A stretch of 64,000 nt of DNA from Eledone cirrhosa (lineage: Eukaryota). Both the position numbers and the translations under genes were made by a program. Below are positions 39,601-54,032 of this stretch, in pieces. Under the pieces are notes generated by a model. That model did no database searches. It had not been told where the DNA came from and saw only the letters and a program-made list of their open reading frames with translations. Where the stretch lies: contig OZ024741.1 of NCBI GenBank assembly GCA_964016885.1, forward strand, positions 259,532,001 to 259,596,000, given 5' to 3'. The first letter of the stretch is position 1, and each line of letters opens with the position of its first letter.

Positions 39601-42600
39601 CGAAACACTCGTAAGCCGAAACACTCGTAAGTCGAAACACTCATAAGCCGAAACACTCGTAAGTCGGAACACTCGTAAATCAGAACACCCGCAAGTCAGA
39701 ACACTCGTAAATCAGAACACTCTTAAGTCGAAACTCACGTACGCCGAAACACTCGTAAGTCGAAACACTCGTAAGTCGAAACATCCTTAAGTCGAAACAC
39801 TCGTACACCGAAACACTCGTAAGTATAAACATTAGTAAGTCGAAACACTCGTATGTCGAAACACTCGTAAACCGAAACACTCGTAAGTCGGAACACTCGT
39901 AAGTCAGAACACTCGTAAGTCAGAACACTCGTAATTCGAAACACTCATAAGTCGAAACACTCGTAAGTCGAAACACTCGTAAGTCGGAACACTCGTAAGT
40001 CGGAACACTCGTAAGTCAGAACACTCGTAAGTCAGAACACTCGTAAGTCAGAACACTCGTAAGTCAGAACACTCGTAAGTCGAAACACTCGTATCGAAAC
40101 ACTCGTATGTCAAAACACCCGTAAGTCAAAACACTCGTAAGTCGAAACACTCGTAAGTCGAAACATTCGTATGTCGAAACATCCGTAAATCAGAACACTC
40201 GTAAGTCGAAACACTCGTAAGTCGAAACACTCGTAAGCCGAAACACTCGTAAGTCGAAGCACTCGTATCGAAACACTCGTAAGTCGAAACACCCTTAAGT
40301 CAAAACACTCGTAAGCCAAAACACTCGTAAGTCGAAACACTCGTAAGTCGGAACACTCGTAAGTCAGAACACTCGTAAGTCAGAACACTCGTAAGTGGAA
40401 ACACGCGTAAGTCGAAACACTCATAAGTCGAAACACTCGTAAGTCGAAACACCCGTAAGTCGAAACACCCGTAAGTCGAAACACTCGTATGTCGAATAAC
40501 TCGTAAGCCGAAACACCGTAAGTCAAAACACTCGTAAGTCGAAACACTCGTAAGTCGAAACACCCATAAGCCGAAACACTCGTAAGCCAAAACATTCGTA
40601 AGTCGAAACACTCGTAAACCGAAACACTCGTAAGCCAAAACATTCGTAAGTCGAAACACTCGTAAGTCGAAACACCCATAGCCGAAACACTCGTAAGTCT
40701 GAACACACGTAAGTCAGAACAGCCGTAAGTCAGAACACTCGTAAGTCAGAACACTCGTAAGTCAGAACACTCGTAAGTCAGAGCACTCGTATCGAAACAC
40801 TCGTATGTCAAAACACCCGTAAGTCAAAACACTCGTAAGTCGAAACACTCGTAAGTCGAAACACTCGTATGTCGAAACATCCGTAAATCAGAACACTCGT
40901 AAGTCGAAACACTCGTAAGTCGAAACACTCGTAAGCCGAAACACTCGTAAGTCGAAGCACTCGTATCGAAACACTCGTAAGTCGAAACACCCTTAAGTCA
41001 AAACACTCGTAAGCCAAAACACTCGTAAGTCGAAACACTCGTAAGTCGGAACACTCGTAAGTCAGAACACTCGTAAGTCAGAACACTCGTAAGTGGAAAC
41101 AGGCGTAAGTCGAAAGACCCGTAAGTCAAAAATCTCGTAAGTCAAAACACTCGTAAGCCGAAACACTCGTAAGTCGAAACACTCGTAAGTCGAAACACCC
41201 GTAAGTAGGAACACTCGTAAGTCAGAATACTCGTAAGTCAAAACACTCGTAAACCGGAACACCCGTAAGGCAAAACATTCGCATGTCGAAACACTCGTAA
41301 GTCGAAACACTCGTAAGCCGAAACACTCGTAAGTCGAAACACACGTAAGTCGAAACACTCGTAAGTCGAAACACTCGTAAGTCAGTGCACCCGTAAGTCA
41401 GAACACTCGTAGTCAGAATACTCGTAAGTCGAAACACTCGTATGTCGAAACACCCGTAAGTCGAAACATCCGTAAGTCAAAACACTCGTATGTCGAAACA
41501 CTCGTAAGCCGAAACACTCATAAGTCGAAACACTCGTAAGCCGAAACACCCGTAAGTCAAAACATTCGTAAGTCAAAACACTCGTAAGTCGAAACACCCG
41601 TAAGTCAAAACACTCGTATGTCGAAACACTCGTAAGCCGAAACAACGTAAGTAAAAACACTCGTAAGTCGAAACACCCATAAGTCGAAACACTCGTAAGC
41701 CGAAACACTCGTAAGTCGAAACACTCATAAGCCGAAACACTCGTAAGTCGGAACACTCGTAAATCAGAACACCCGCAAGTCAGAACACTCGTAAATCAGA
41801 ACACTCTTAAGTCGAAACTCACGTACGCTGAAACACTCGTAAGTCGAAACATCCTTAAGTCGAAACACTCGTACACCGAAACACTCGTAAGTATAAACAT
41901 TAGTAAGTCGAAACACTCGTAAGCCGAAACACTCGTAAGTCGAAACACCCGTAAATCGAAACACCCGTAAGTCAAAATACTCGTATGTCGAAACACTCGT
42001 AAACCGAAACACTCGTAAGTCGGAACACTCGTAAGTCAGAACACTCGTAAGTCAGAACACTCGTAAGTCGAAACACTCATAAGTCGAAACACTCGTAAGT
42101 CGAAACACCCGTAAGTCGAAACCCCCGTAAGTCGAAACACTCGTATGTCGAATAACTCGTAAGCCGAAACACCGTAAGTCAAAACACTCGTAAGTCAAAA
42201 CACTCGTAAGTCGAAACACCCATAAGCCGAAACACTCGTAAGCCAAAACATTCGTAAGTCGAAACACTCGTAAACCGAAACACTCGTAAGCCAAAACATT
42301 CGTAAGTCAAAACACTCGTAAGTCGAAACACCCATAGCCGAAACACTCGTAAGTCGGAACACACGTAAGTCAGAACACCCGTAAGTCAGAACACTCGTAA
42401 GTCAGAACACTCGTAAGTCAGAGCACTCGTATCGAAACACTCGTATGTCAAAACACCCGTAAGTCAAAACACTCGTAAGTCGAAACACTCGTAAGCCGAA
42501 ACACCGTAAGCCAAAACACTCGTAAGTCGAAACACCCGTAAGTCGGAACACTCGTAAGTCGAAACACTCGTAAGTCGAAACACTCGTAAGCCGAAACACT

Positions 42601-42861
42601 CGTAAGCCGAAACACTCGTAAGTCGGAACACTCGTAAGTCGGAACACTCGTAAGTCAGAACACTCGTAAGTCAGAACACTCGTAAGTCAGAACACTCGTA
42701 AGTCAGAATACTCGTAAGTCGAAACACCCGTAAGTCGAAACACCCGTAAGTCGAAACACTCGTATGTCGAATAACTTGTAAGCCGAAACACCGTAAGTCA
42801 AAACACTCGTAAGTCGAAACACTCGTAAGCCGAAACACCCGTAAGTCAAAACATTCGTAAG
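36610..42861 (+). repeat. HOR unit Y, copy 2 (6,252 bp)
   Basis: Same variant series as 22554-28773 plus two extra monomers near 41300. Confidence 0.9.
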
Positions 42862-45800
42862 TCAAAACACTCGTAAGTCGAAACACTCGTAAGTCGAAAC
42901 ACTCGTAAGCCGAAACAATCGTAAGTCAAAACACTCGTAAGTCGAAACACTCGTAAGCCGAAAATACTCGTAAGTCGGAACACCCGTAAGCCGAAACCCT
43001 CGTAGGTCGGAACACTCGTAAGTCGAAACACTCGTAAGTCGAAACACCCGTAAGTCGAAACACTCGTAAGTCGAAACACCCGTAAGTCGAAACATCCGTA
43101 AGTCAAAACACTCGTATGTCGAAACACTCGTAAGCCGAAACACTCGTAAGTCGGAACACTCGCAAGTCAGAACACTCGTAAGTCAGAACACTCGTAAGTC
43201 AGAACACTCGTAAGTCGAAACATTCGTAAGTCGAAACACCCGTAAGTCGAAACGCCCGTAAGTCAAAACACTCGTATGTCAAAACACTCGCAAGCCGAAA
43301 AACCGTAAGTCAAAACACTCGTAAGTCGAAACACTCGTAAATCGAAACACTCGTAAGCCGAAACACTCGTAAGCGAAAAAATTCGTTAGTCGAAACACTC
43401 GTAACCCGAAACACTCGTAAGTCGAAACACTCGAAAGCCGAAACACTCGTAAGTCGAAACACTCATAAGCCGAAACACTCGTAAGTCGGAACACTCGTAA
43501 GTCAGAACACCCGTAAATCAGAACACTCGTAGTCAGAACACTCGTAAGTCGAAACACTCGTAAGCCGAAACACTCGCAAGTCGAAGCACTCGTAATCCGA
43601 AACACTCTTAAGTCGAAACACTCGTAAGTCGGAACACTCGTAAGTCAGAACACTCGTAAGTCAGAACACTCGTAAGTCGAAACACTCGTAAGCCGAAACA
43701 TCCGTAAGTCAAAACATCCGTAAGTCAAAACATTCGTAAGTCGAAACACCCGTAGTCGAAACACTCGCAAGTCGAAACACTCGTAAGTCGAAACACGCGT
43801 AAGTCGAAACACATGTAAGTCAAAACACTCGTAAGTCAAAACACTCGTAAGCCGAAACACTCGTAAGTCGAAACACTCGTAAGTCGAAACACTCGTAAAG
43901 CGAAACGTATAAATAAATATTAATGTAATGAATTTGAAAAGCATAGAGATTTGAAACCGCGTCTATTTGTTATTTTCGTAAGTCGAAACACTCGTAAGCC
44001 GAAACACTCGTGAGCCGAAACACTCGTAAGTCGGAACACTCGTAAGTCAGAACACTCGTAAGTCAGAACACTCGTAAGTTAGAACACTCGTAAGTCAGAA
44101 CACTCGTAAGTCAGAACACTCGTAAGTCGAAACACTCGTATCGAAACACTCGTATGTCAAAACACCCGTAAGTCAAAACACTCGTAAGTCGAAACACTCG
44201 TAAGTCGAAACACTCGTAAGCCGAAACACTCGTAAGCCGAAACACTCGTAAGTCGGAACACTCGTAAGTCAGAACACTCATAAGTCAGAACACTCGTAAG
44301 TCAGAACACTCGTAAGTCGAAACACTCGTAAGCCGAAACACCGTAAGTCGAAACACCCGTATGTCGAAACACTCGTAAGCCGAAACACTCTTAAGTCGAA
44401 ACACTCATAAGCCGAAACACTCGTAAGTCGGAACACTCGTAAATCAGAACACCCGCAAGTCAGAACACTCGTAAATCAGAACACTCTTAAGTCGAAACTT
44501 ACGTACGCCGAAACAATCGTAAGTCGAAACACTCGTAAGTCGAAACATCCTTAAGTCGAAACACTCGTACACCGAAACACTCGTAAGTATAAACATTAGT
44601 AAGTCGAAACACTCGTATGTCGAAACACTCGTAAACCGAAACACTCGTAAGTCGGAACACTCGTAAGTCAGAACACTCGTAAGTCAGAACACTCGTAAGT
44701 CGAAACACTCATAAGTCGAAACACCCGTAAGTCGAAACACTCGTATGTCGAATAACTCGTAAGCCGAAACACCGTAAGTCAAAACACTCGTAAGTAGAAA
44801 CACTCGTAAGTCGAAACACCCATAAGCCGAAACACTCGTAAGCCAAAACATTCGTAAGTCGAAACACTCGTAAACCGAAACACTCGTAAGCCAAAACATT
44901 CGTATGTCGAAACACTCGTAAGTCGAAACACCCATAGCCGAAACACTTGTAAGTCTGAACACACGTAAGTCAGAACACCCGTAAGTCAGAACACTCGTAA
45001 GTCAGAACACTCGTAAGTCAGAACACTCGTAAGTCAGAACACTCGTAAGTCAGAGCACTCGTATCGAAACACTCGTATGTCAAAACACCCGTAAGTCAAA
45101 ACACTCGTAAGTCGAAACACTCGTAAGCCGAAACACCGTAAGCCAAAACACTCGTAAGTCGAAACACCCCTAAGTCGGAACACTCGTAAGTCGAAACACT
45201 CGTAAGTCGAAACACTCGTAAGCCGAAACACTCGTAAGCCGAAACACTCGTAAGTCGGAACACTCGTAAGTCGGAACACTCGTAAGTCAGAACACTCGTA
45301 AGTCAGAACACTCGTAAGTCAGAACACTCGTAAGTCAGAACACTCGTAAGTCGAAACACTCGTATCGAAACACTCGTATGTCAAAACACCCGTAAGTCAA
45401 AACACTCGTAAGTCGAAACACTCGTAAGTCGAAACATTCGTAAGTCGAAACATCCGTAAATCAGAACACTCTTAAGTCGAAACACTCGTAAGTCGAAACA
45501 CTCGTAAGCCGAAACACTCGTAAGTCGAAGCACTCGTATCGAAACACTCGTAAGTCGAAACACCCTTAAGTCAAAACACTCGTAAGCCAAAACACTCGTA
45601 AGTCGAAACACTCGTAAGTCGGAACACTCGTAAGTCAGAACACTCGTAAGTCAGAACACTCGTAAGTGGAAACACGCGTAAGTCGAAACACTCATAAGTC
45701 GAAACACTCGTATGTCGAATAACTCGTAAGCCGAAACACCGTAAGTCAAAACACTCGTAAGTCGAAACACTCGTAAGTCGAAACACCCATAAGCCGAAAC

Positions 45801-46795
45801 ACTCGTAAGCCAAAACATTCGTAAGTCGAAACACTCGTAAACCGAAACACTCGTAAGCCAAAACATTCGTATGTCGAAACACTCGTAAGTCGAAACACCC
45901 ATAGCCGAAACACTCGTAAGTCTGAACACACGTAAGTCAGAACAGCCGTAAGTCAGAACACTCGTAAGTCAGAACACTCGTAAGTCAGAACACTCGTAAG
46001 TCAGAGCACTCGTATCGAAACACTCGTATGTCAAAACACCCGTAAGTCAAAACACTCGTAAGTCGAAACACTCGTAAGTCGAAACACTCGTATGTCGAAA
46101 CATCCGTAAATCAGAACACTCGTAAGTCGAAACACTCGTAAGTCGAAACACTCGTAAGCCGAAACACTCGTAAGTCGAAGCACTCGTATCGAAACACTCG
46201 TAAGTCGAAACACCCTTAAGTCAAAACACTCGTAAGCCAAAACACTCGTAAGTCGAAACACTCGTAAGTCGGAACACTCGTAAGTCAGAACACTCGTAAG
46301 TCAGAACACTCGTAAGTGGAAACACGCGTAAGTCGAAAGACCCGTAAGTCAAAAATCTCGTAAGTCAAAACACTCGTAAGCCGAAACACTCGTAAGTCGA
46401 AACACTCGTAAGTCGAAACACCCGTAAGTCGGAACACTCGTAAGTCAGAATACTCGTAAGTCAAAACACTCGTAAACCGGAACACCCGTAGGGCAAAACA
46501 TTCGCATGTCAAAACACTCGTAAGTCGAAACACTCGTAAGCCGAAACACTCGTAAGTCGAAACACTCGTAAGTCGAAACACTCGTAAGTCGAAACACTCG
46601 TAAGTCAGTGCACCCGTAAGTCAGAACACTCGTAGTCAGAATACTCGTAAGTCGAAACACTCGTATGTCGAAACACCCGTAAGTCGAAACATCCGTAAGT
46701 CAAAACACTCGTATGTCGAAACACTCGTAAGCCGAAACACTCATAAGTCGAAACACTCGTAAGCCGAAACACCCGTAAGTCAAAACATTCGTAAG
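42862..46795 (+). repeat. HOR unit X, copy 5 (3,934 bp)
   Basis: Offset 10,154 from the start of copy 4 (33790/43944). Confidence 0.92.
43899..43975. repeat. 77-bp island, type A
   Basis: Matches 4225-4301. Confidence 0.95.
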
Positions 46796-49700
46796 TCAAA
46801 ACACTCGTAAGTCGAAACACCCGTAAGTCAAAACACTCGTATGTCGAAACACTCGTAAGCCGAAACAACGTAAGTAAAAACACTCGTAAGTCGAAACACC
46901 CATAAGTCGAAACACTCGTAAGCCGAAACACTCGTAAGTCGAAACACTCATAAGCCGAAACACTCGTAAGTCGGAACACTCGTAAATCAGAACACCCGCA
47001 AGTCAGAACACTCGTAAATCAGAACACTCTTAAGTCGAAACTCACGTACGCTGAAACACTCGTAAGTCGAAACACTCGTAAGTCGAAACATCCTTAAGTC
47101 GAAACACTCGTACACCGAAACACTCGTAAGTATAAACATTAGTAAGTCGAAACACTCGAAAGCCGAAACACTCGTAAGTCGAAACACCCGTAAATCGAAA
47201 CACCCGTAAGTCAAAACACTCGTATGTCGAAACACTCGTAAACCGAAACACTCGTAAGTCGGAACACTCGTAAGTCAGAACACTCGTAAGTCAGAACACT
47301 CGTAAGTCGAAACACTCATAAGTCGAAACACTCGTAAGTCGAAACACCCGTAAGTCGAAACCCCCGTAAGTCGAAACACTCGTATGTCGAATAACTCGTA
47401 AGCTGAAACACCGTAACTCAAAACACTCGTAAGTCAAAACACTCGTAAGTCGAAACACCCATAAGCCGAAACACTCGTAAGCCAAAACATTCGTAAGTCG
47501 AAACACCCGTAAGTCGGAACACTCGTAAGTCGAAACACTCGTAAGTCGAAACACTCGTAAGCCCAAACACTCGTAAGCCGAAACACTCGTAAGTCGGAAC
47601 ACTCGTAAGTCGGAACACTCGTAAGTCAGAACACTCGTAAGTCAGAACACTCGTAAGTCAGAACACTCGTAAGTCAGAATACTCGTAAGTCGAAACACCC
47701 GTAAGTCGAAACACCCGTAAGTCGAAACACTCGTATGTCGAATAACTCGTAAGCCGAAACACCGTAAGTCAAAACACTCGTAAGTCGAAACACTCGTAAG
47801 TCGAAACACCCATAAGCCGAAACACTCGTAAGCCAAAACATTCGTAAGTCGAAACACTCGTAAACCGAAACACTCGTAAGCCAAAACATTCGTAAGTCGA
47901 AACACTCGTAAGTCGAAACACCCATAGCCGAAATACTTGTAAGTCTGAACACACGTAAGTCAGAACACCCGTAAGTCAGAACACTCGTAAGTCAGAACAC
48001 TCGTAAGTCAGAACACTCGTAAGTCAGAGCACTCGTATCGAAACACTCGTATGTCAAAACACCCGTAAGTCAAAACACTCGTAAGTCGAAACACTCGTAA
48101 GCCGAAACACCGTAAGCCAAAACACTCGTAAGTCGAAACACCCGTAAGTCGGAACACTCGTAAGTCGAAACACTCGTAAGTCGAAACACTCGTAAGCCGA
48201 AACACTCGTAAGCCGAAACACTCGTAAGTCGGAACACTCGTAAGTCGGAACACTCGTAAGTCAGAACACTCGTAAGTCAGAACACTCGTAAGTCAGAACA
48301 CTCGTAAGTCAGAACACTCGTAAGTCGAAACACTCGTATCGAAACACTCGTATGTCAAAACACCAGTAAGTCGAAACACTCGTATCGAAACACTCGTATG
48401 TCAAAACACCAGTAAGTCAAAACACTCGTAAGTCGAAACACTCGTAAGCCGAAACACCGTAAGTCGAAACACCCGTATGTCGAAACACTCGTAAGCCGAA
48501 ACACTCGTAAGTCGAAACACTCGTAGTCGAAACACTCGTAAGTCGAAACACCCGTAAGTCGAAACACTCGTAAGTCGAAACACTCGTAAGCCGAAACACT
48601 CGTAAGTCGAAACACTCATAAGCCGAAACACTCGTAAGTCGAAACACTCGTAAGTCAGAACACTCGTAGTCAGAACACTCGTAAGTCAAACCACTCGTAA
48701 GCCGAAACACTCGTAAGTCGAAACACTCGTAAGTGGAAACACTCGTAAGTCGAAAAACTCGTAAGCCGGAACACTCGTAAGTCAGAACACTCGTAAGTCA
48801 GAACACTCGTAAGTCGAAACACTCGTAAGCCGAAACACCCGTAAGTCGAAACATTCGTAAGTCGAAACACCCGTAAGTCGAAACACTCGTAAGTCGAAAC
48901 ACTCGTAAGTCGAAACACCGTAAGTCAAAACACTCGTATGTCGAAACATCCGTAAATCAGAACACTCCTAAGTCAAAACACTCGTAAGTCGAAACACTCG
49001 TAAGTCAAAAATACTCGTAAGTCGAAACACCCTTAAGTAAAAACACTCGTAAGTCGAAACACTCGTAAGCCGAAACACCCGTCAGTTAAAACACCCGTAA
49101 GTCGAAACACTCGTAAGTCAAAACTCTCGTACGCCGAAACACTCGTAAGTAAAAACATTAGTAAGTCGAAACACTCGTAAGCCGAAACACTCATAAGTCG
49201 AAACACTCGTAAGCCGAAACACCCGTAAGTCAAAACATTCGTAAGTCAAAACACTCGTAAGTCGAAACACCCGTAAGTCGAAACACTCGTATGTCGAAAC
49301 ACTCGTAAGCCGAAACACCGTAAGTAAAAACACTCGTAAGTCGAAACACCCACAAGTCGAAACACTCGTAAGCCGAAACACTCGTAAGTCGAAACACTCA
49401 TAAGCCGAAACACTCGTAAGTCGGAACACTCGTAAATCAGAACACCCGCAAGTCAGAACACTCGTATCGAAACACTCGTATGTCAAAACACCCGTAAGTC
49501 AAAACACTCGTAAGTCGAAACACTCGTAAGCCGAAACACCGTAAGTAAAAAAACTCGTAAGTCGAAATACTCGTAAGTCGAAACACTCGTAAGCCGAAAC
49601 AATCGTAATTCAAAACACTCGTAAGTCGAAACACTCGTAAGCCGAAACAATCGTAAGTCGAAACACTCGTAAGCCGAAAATACTCGTAAGTCGGAACACC

Positions 49701-50950
49701 CGTAAGCCGAAACACTCGTATGTCGAAACACTCGTAAGCCGAAACAACATAAGTAAAAACACTCGTAAGTCGAAACACCCATAAGTCGAAACACTCGTAA
49801 GCCGAAACACTCGTAAGTCGAAACACTCATAAGCCGAAACACTCGTAAGTCGGAACACTCGTAAATCAGAACACCCGCAAGTCAGAACACTCGTAAATCA
49901 GAACACTCTTAAGTCGAAACTCACGTACGCCGAAACACTCGTAAGTCGAAACACTCGTAAGTCGAAACATCCTTAAGTCGAAACACTCGTACACCGAAAC
50001 ACTCGTAAGTATAAACATTAGTAAGTCGAAACACTCGTATGTCGAAACACTCGTAAACCGAAACACTCGTAAGTCGGAACACTCGTAAGTCAGAACACTC
50101 GTAAGTCAGAACACTCGTAATTCGAAACACTCATAAGTCGAAACACTCGTAAGTCGAAACACTCGTAAGTCGGAACACTCGTAAGTCGGAACACTCGTAA
50201 GTCAGAACACTCGTAAGTCAGAACACTCGTAAGTCAGAACACTCGTAAGTCAGAACACTCGTAAGTCGAAACACTCGTATCGAAACACTCGTATGTCAAA
50301 ACACCCGTAAGTCAAAACACTCGTAAGTCGAAACACTCGTAAGTCGAAACATTCGTATGTCGAAACATCCGTAAATCAGAACACTCGTAAGTCGAAACAC
50401 TCGTAAGTCGAAACACTCGTAAGCCGAAACACTCGTAAGTCGAAGCACTCGTATCGAAACACTCGTAAGTCGAAACACCCTTAAGTCAAAACACTCGTAA
50501 GCCAAAACACTCGTAAGTCGAAACACTCGTAAGTCGGAACACTCGTAAGTCAGAACACTCGTAAGTCAGAACACTCGTAAGTGGAAACACGCGTAAGTCG
50601 AAACAGTCATAATTCGAAACACTCGTAAGTCGAAACACCCGTAAGTCGAAACACCCGTAAGTCGAAACACTCGTATGTCGAATAACTCGTAAGCCGAAAC
50701 ACCGTAAGTCAAAACACTCGTAAGTCGAAACACTCGTAAGTCGAAACACCCATAAGCCGAAACACTCGTAAGCCAAAACATTCGTAAGTCGAAACACTCG
50801 TAAGTCGAAACACCCATAGCCGAAACACTCGTAAGTCTGAACACACGTAAGTCAGAACAGCCGTAAGTCAGAACACTCGTAAGTCAGAACACTCGTAAGT
50901 CAGAACACTCGTAAGTCAGAGCACTCGTATCGAAACACTCGTATGTCAAA
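46796..50950 (+). repeat. HOR unit Y, copy 3 (truncated)
   Basis: Offset 10,186 from Y copy 2 (36801/46987, 39680/49866); departs from the Y path at about 50.8-51.0 kb. End approximate. Confidence 0.85.
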
Positions 50951-51881
50951 ACACCCGTAAGTCAAAACACTCGTAAGTCGAAACACTCGTAAGCCGAAAC
51001 ACCGTAAGCCAAAACACTCGTAAGTCGAAACACCCGTAAGTCGGAACACTCGTAAGTCGAAACACTCGTAAGTCGAAACACTCGTAAGCCGAAACACTCG
51101 TAAGCCGAAACACTCGTAAGTCGGAACACTCGTAAGTCGGAACACTCGTAAGTCAGAACACTCGTAAGTCAGAACACTCGTAAGTCAGAACACTCGTAAG
51201 TCGAAACACTCGTATCGAAACACTCGTATGTCAAAACACCCGTAAGTCAAAACACTCGTAAGTCGAAACACTCGTAAGTCGAAACACTCGTATGTCGAAA
51301 CATCCGTAAATCAGAACACTCGTAAGTCGAAACACTCGTAAGTCGAAACACTCGTAAGCCGAAACACTCGTAAGTCGAAGCACTCGTATCGAAACACTCG
51401 TAAGTCGAAACACCCTTAAGTCAAAACACTCGTAAGCCAAAACACTCGTAAGTCGAAACACTCGTAAGTCGGAACACTCGTAAGTCAGAACACCCGTAAA
51501 TCAGAACACTCGTAGTCAGAACACTCGTAAGTCGAAACACTCGTAAGCCGAAACACTCGCAAGTCGAAGCACTCGTAATCCGAAACACTCTTAAGTCGAA
51601 ACACTCGTAAGTCGGAACACTCGTAAGTCAGAACACTCGTAAGTCAGAACACTCGTAAGTCGAAACACTCGTAAGCCGAAACATCCGTAAGTCAAAACAT
51701 CCGTAAGTCAAAACATTCGTAAGTCGAAACACCCGTAGTCGAAACACTCGCAAGTCGAAACACTCGTAAGTCGAAACACGCGTAAGTCGAAACACATGTA
51801 AGTCAAAACACTCGTAAGTCAAAACACTCGTAAGCCGAAACACTCGTAAGTCGAAACACTCGTAAGTCGAAACACTCGTAA

Positions 51882-51958
51882 AGCGAAACGTATAAATAAA
51901 TATTAATGTAATGAATTTGAAAAGCATAGAGATTTGAAACCGCGTCTATTTGTTATTT
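51882..51958. repeat. 77-bp island, type A
   Basis: Matches 4225-4301. Confidence 0.95.
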
Positions 51959-52758
51959 TCGTAAGTCGAAACACTCGTAAGCCGAAACACTCGTGAGCCG
52001 AAACACTCGTAAGTCGGAACACTCGTAAGTCAGAACACTCGTAAGTCAGAACACTCGTAAGTTAGAACACTCGTAAGTCAGAACACTCGTAAGTCAGAAC
52101 ACTCGTAAGTCGAAACACTCGTATCGAAACACTCGTATGTCAAAACACCCGTAAGTCAAAACACTCGTAAGTCGAAACACTCGTAAGTCGAAACACTCGT
52201 AAGCCGAAACACTCGTAAGCCGAAACACTCGTAAGTCGGAACACTAGTAAGTCGAAACACTCGTAAGTCAGAACACTCGTAGGTCAGAACACTCGTAAGT
52301 CACAACACTCGTAAGTCAGAACACTCGTAAGTCGAAACACTCGTATCGAAACACTCGTATGTCAAAACACCCGTAAGTCAAAACACTCGTAAGTCGAAAC
52401 ACTCGTAAGTCGAAACACTCGTATGTCGAAACATCCGTAAATCAGAACACTCGTAAGTCGAAACACTCGTAAGTCGAAACACTCGTAAGCCGAAACACTC
52501 GTAAGTCGAAGCACTCGTATCGAAACACTCGTAAGTCGAAACACCCTTAAGTCAAAACACTCGTAAGCCAAAACACTCGTAAGTCGAAACACTCGTAAGT
52601 CGGAACACTCGTAAGTCAGAACACTCGTAAGTCAGAACACTCGTAAGTGGAAACACGCGTAAGTCGAAAGACCCGTAAGTCAAAAATCTCGTAAGTCAAA
52701 ACACTCGTAAGCCGAAACACTCGTAAGTCGAAACACTCGTAAGTCGAAACATTCGTAA

Positions 52759-52835
52759 AGCGAAACGTATAAATAAAGATTAATGTAATGAACTTGAAAA
52801 GCATAGATATTTGAAACCGCGTCTATTTGTTATTT
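52759..52835. repeat. 77-bp island, type B
   Basis: Three B-diagnostic bases present. Confidence 0.95.
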
Positions 52836-53955
52836 TCGTAAGTCGAAACACTCGCAAGTCAGAACACTCGTAAGTCAGAACACTCTTAAGTCAGAACACT
52901 CGTATCGAAACACGTATGTCAAAACACCCGTAAGTCAAAACACTCGTAAGTCGAAACACTCGTAAGTCGAAACACTCGTAAGCCGAAACAATCGTAAGTC
53001 AAAACACTCGTAAGTCGAAACACTCGTAAGCCGAAAATACTCGTAAGTCGGAACACCCGTAAGCCGAAACCCTCGTAGGTCGGAACACTCGTAAGTCGAA
53101 ACACTCGTAAGTCGAAACACCCGTAAGTCGAAACACTCGTAAGTCGAAACACCCGTAAGTCGAAACATCCGTAAGTCAAAACACTCGTATGTCGAAACAC
53201 TCGTAAGCCGAAACACTCGTAAGTCGGAACACTCGCAAGTCAGAACACTCGTAAGTCAGAACACTCGTAAGTCGAAACACTCGTAAGTCGAAACACCCGT
53301 AAGTCGAAACGCCCGTAAGTCAAAACACTCGTATGTCGAAACACTCGCAAGCCGAAAAACCGTAAGTCAAAACACTCGTAAGTCGAAACACTCGTAAATC
53401 GAAACACTCGTAAGCCGAAACACTCGTAAGCGAAAACATTCGTTAGTCGAAACACTCGTAACCCGAAACACTCGTAAGTCGAAACACTCGAAAGCCGAAA
53501 CACTCGTAAGTCGAAACACTCATAAGCCGAAACACTCGTAAGTCGGAACACTCGTAAGTCAGAACACCCGTAAATCAGAACACTCGTAGTCAGAACACTC
53601 GTAAGTCGAAACACTCGTAAGCCGAAACACTCGCAAGTCGAAGCACTCGTAATCCGAAACACTCTTAAGTCGAAACACTCGTAAGTCGGAACACTCGTAA
53701 GTCAGAACACTCGTAAGTCAGAACACTCGTAAGTCGAAACACTCGTAAGCCGAAACATCCGTAAGTCAAAACATCCGTAAGTCAAAACATTCGTAAGTCG
53801 AAACACCCGTAGTCGAAACACTCGCAAGTTGAAACATTCGTAAGTCGAAACACGCGTAAGTCGAAACACATGTAAGTCAAAACACTCGTAAGTCAAAACA
53901 CTCGTAAGCCGAAACACTCGTAAGTCGAAACACTCGTAAGTCGAAACACTCGTAA

Positions 53956-54032
53956 AGCGAAACGTATAAATAAATATTAATGTAATGAATTTGAAAAGCA
54001 TAGAGATTTGAAACCGCGTCTATTTGTTATTT
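53956..54032. repeat. 77-bp island, type A
   Basis: Matches 4225-4301. Confidence 0.95.
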
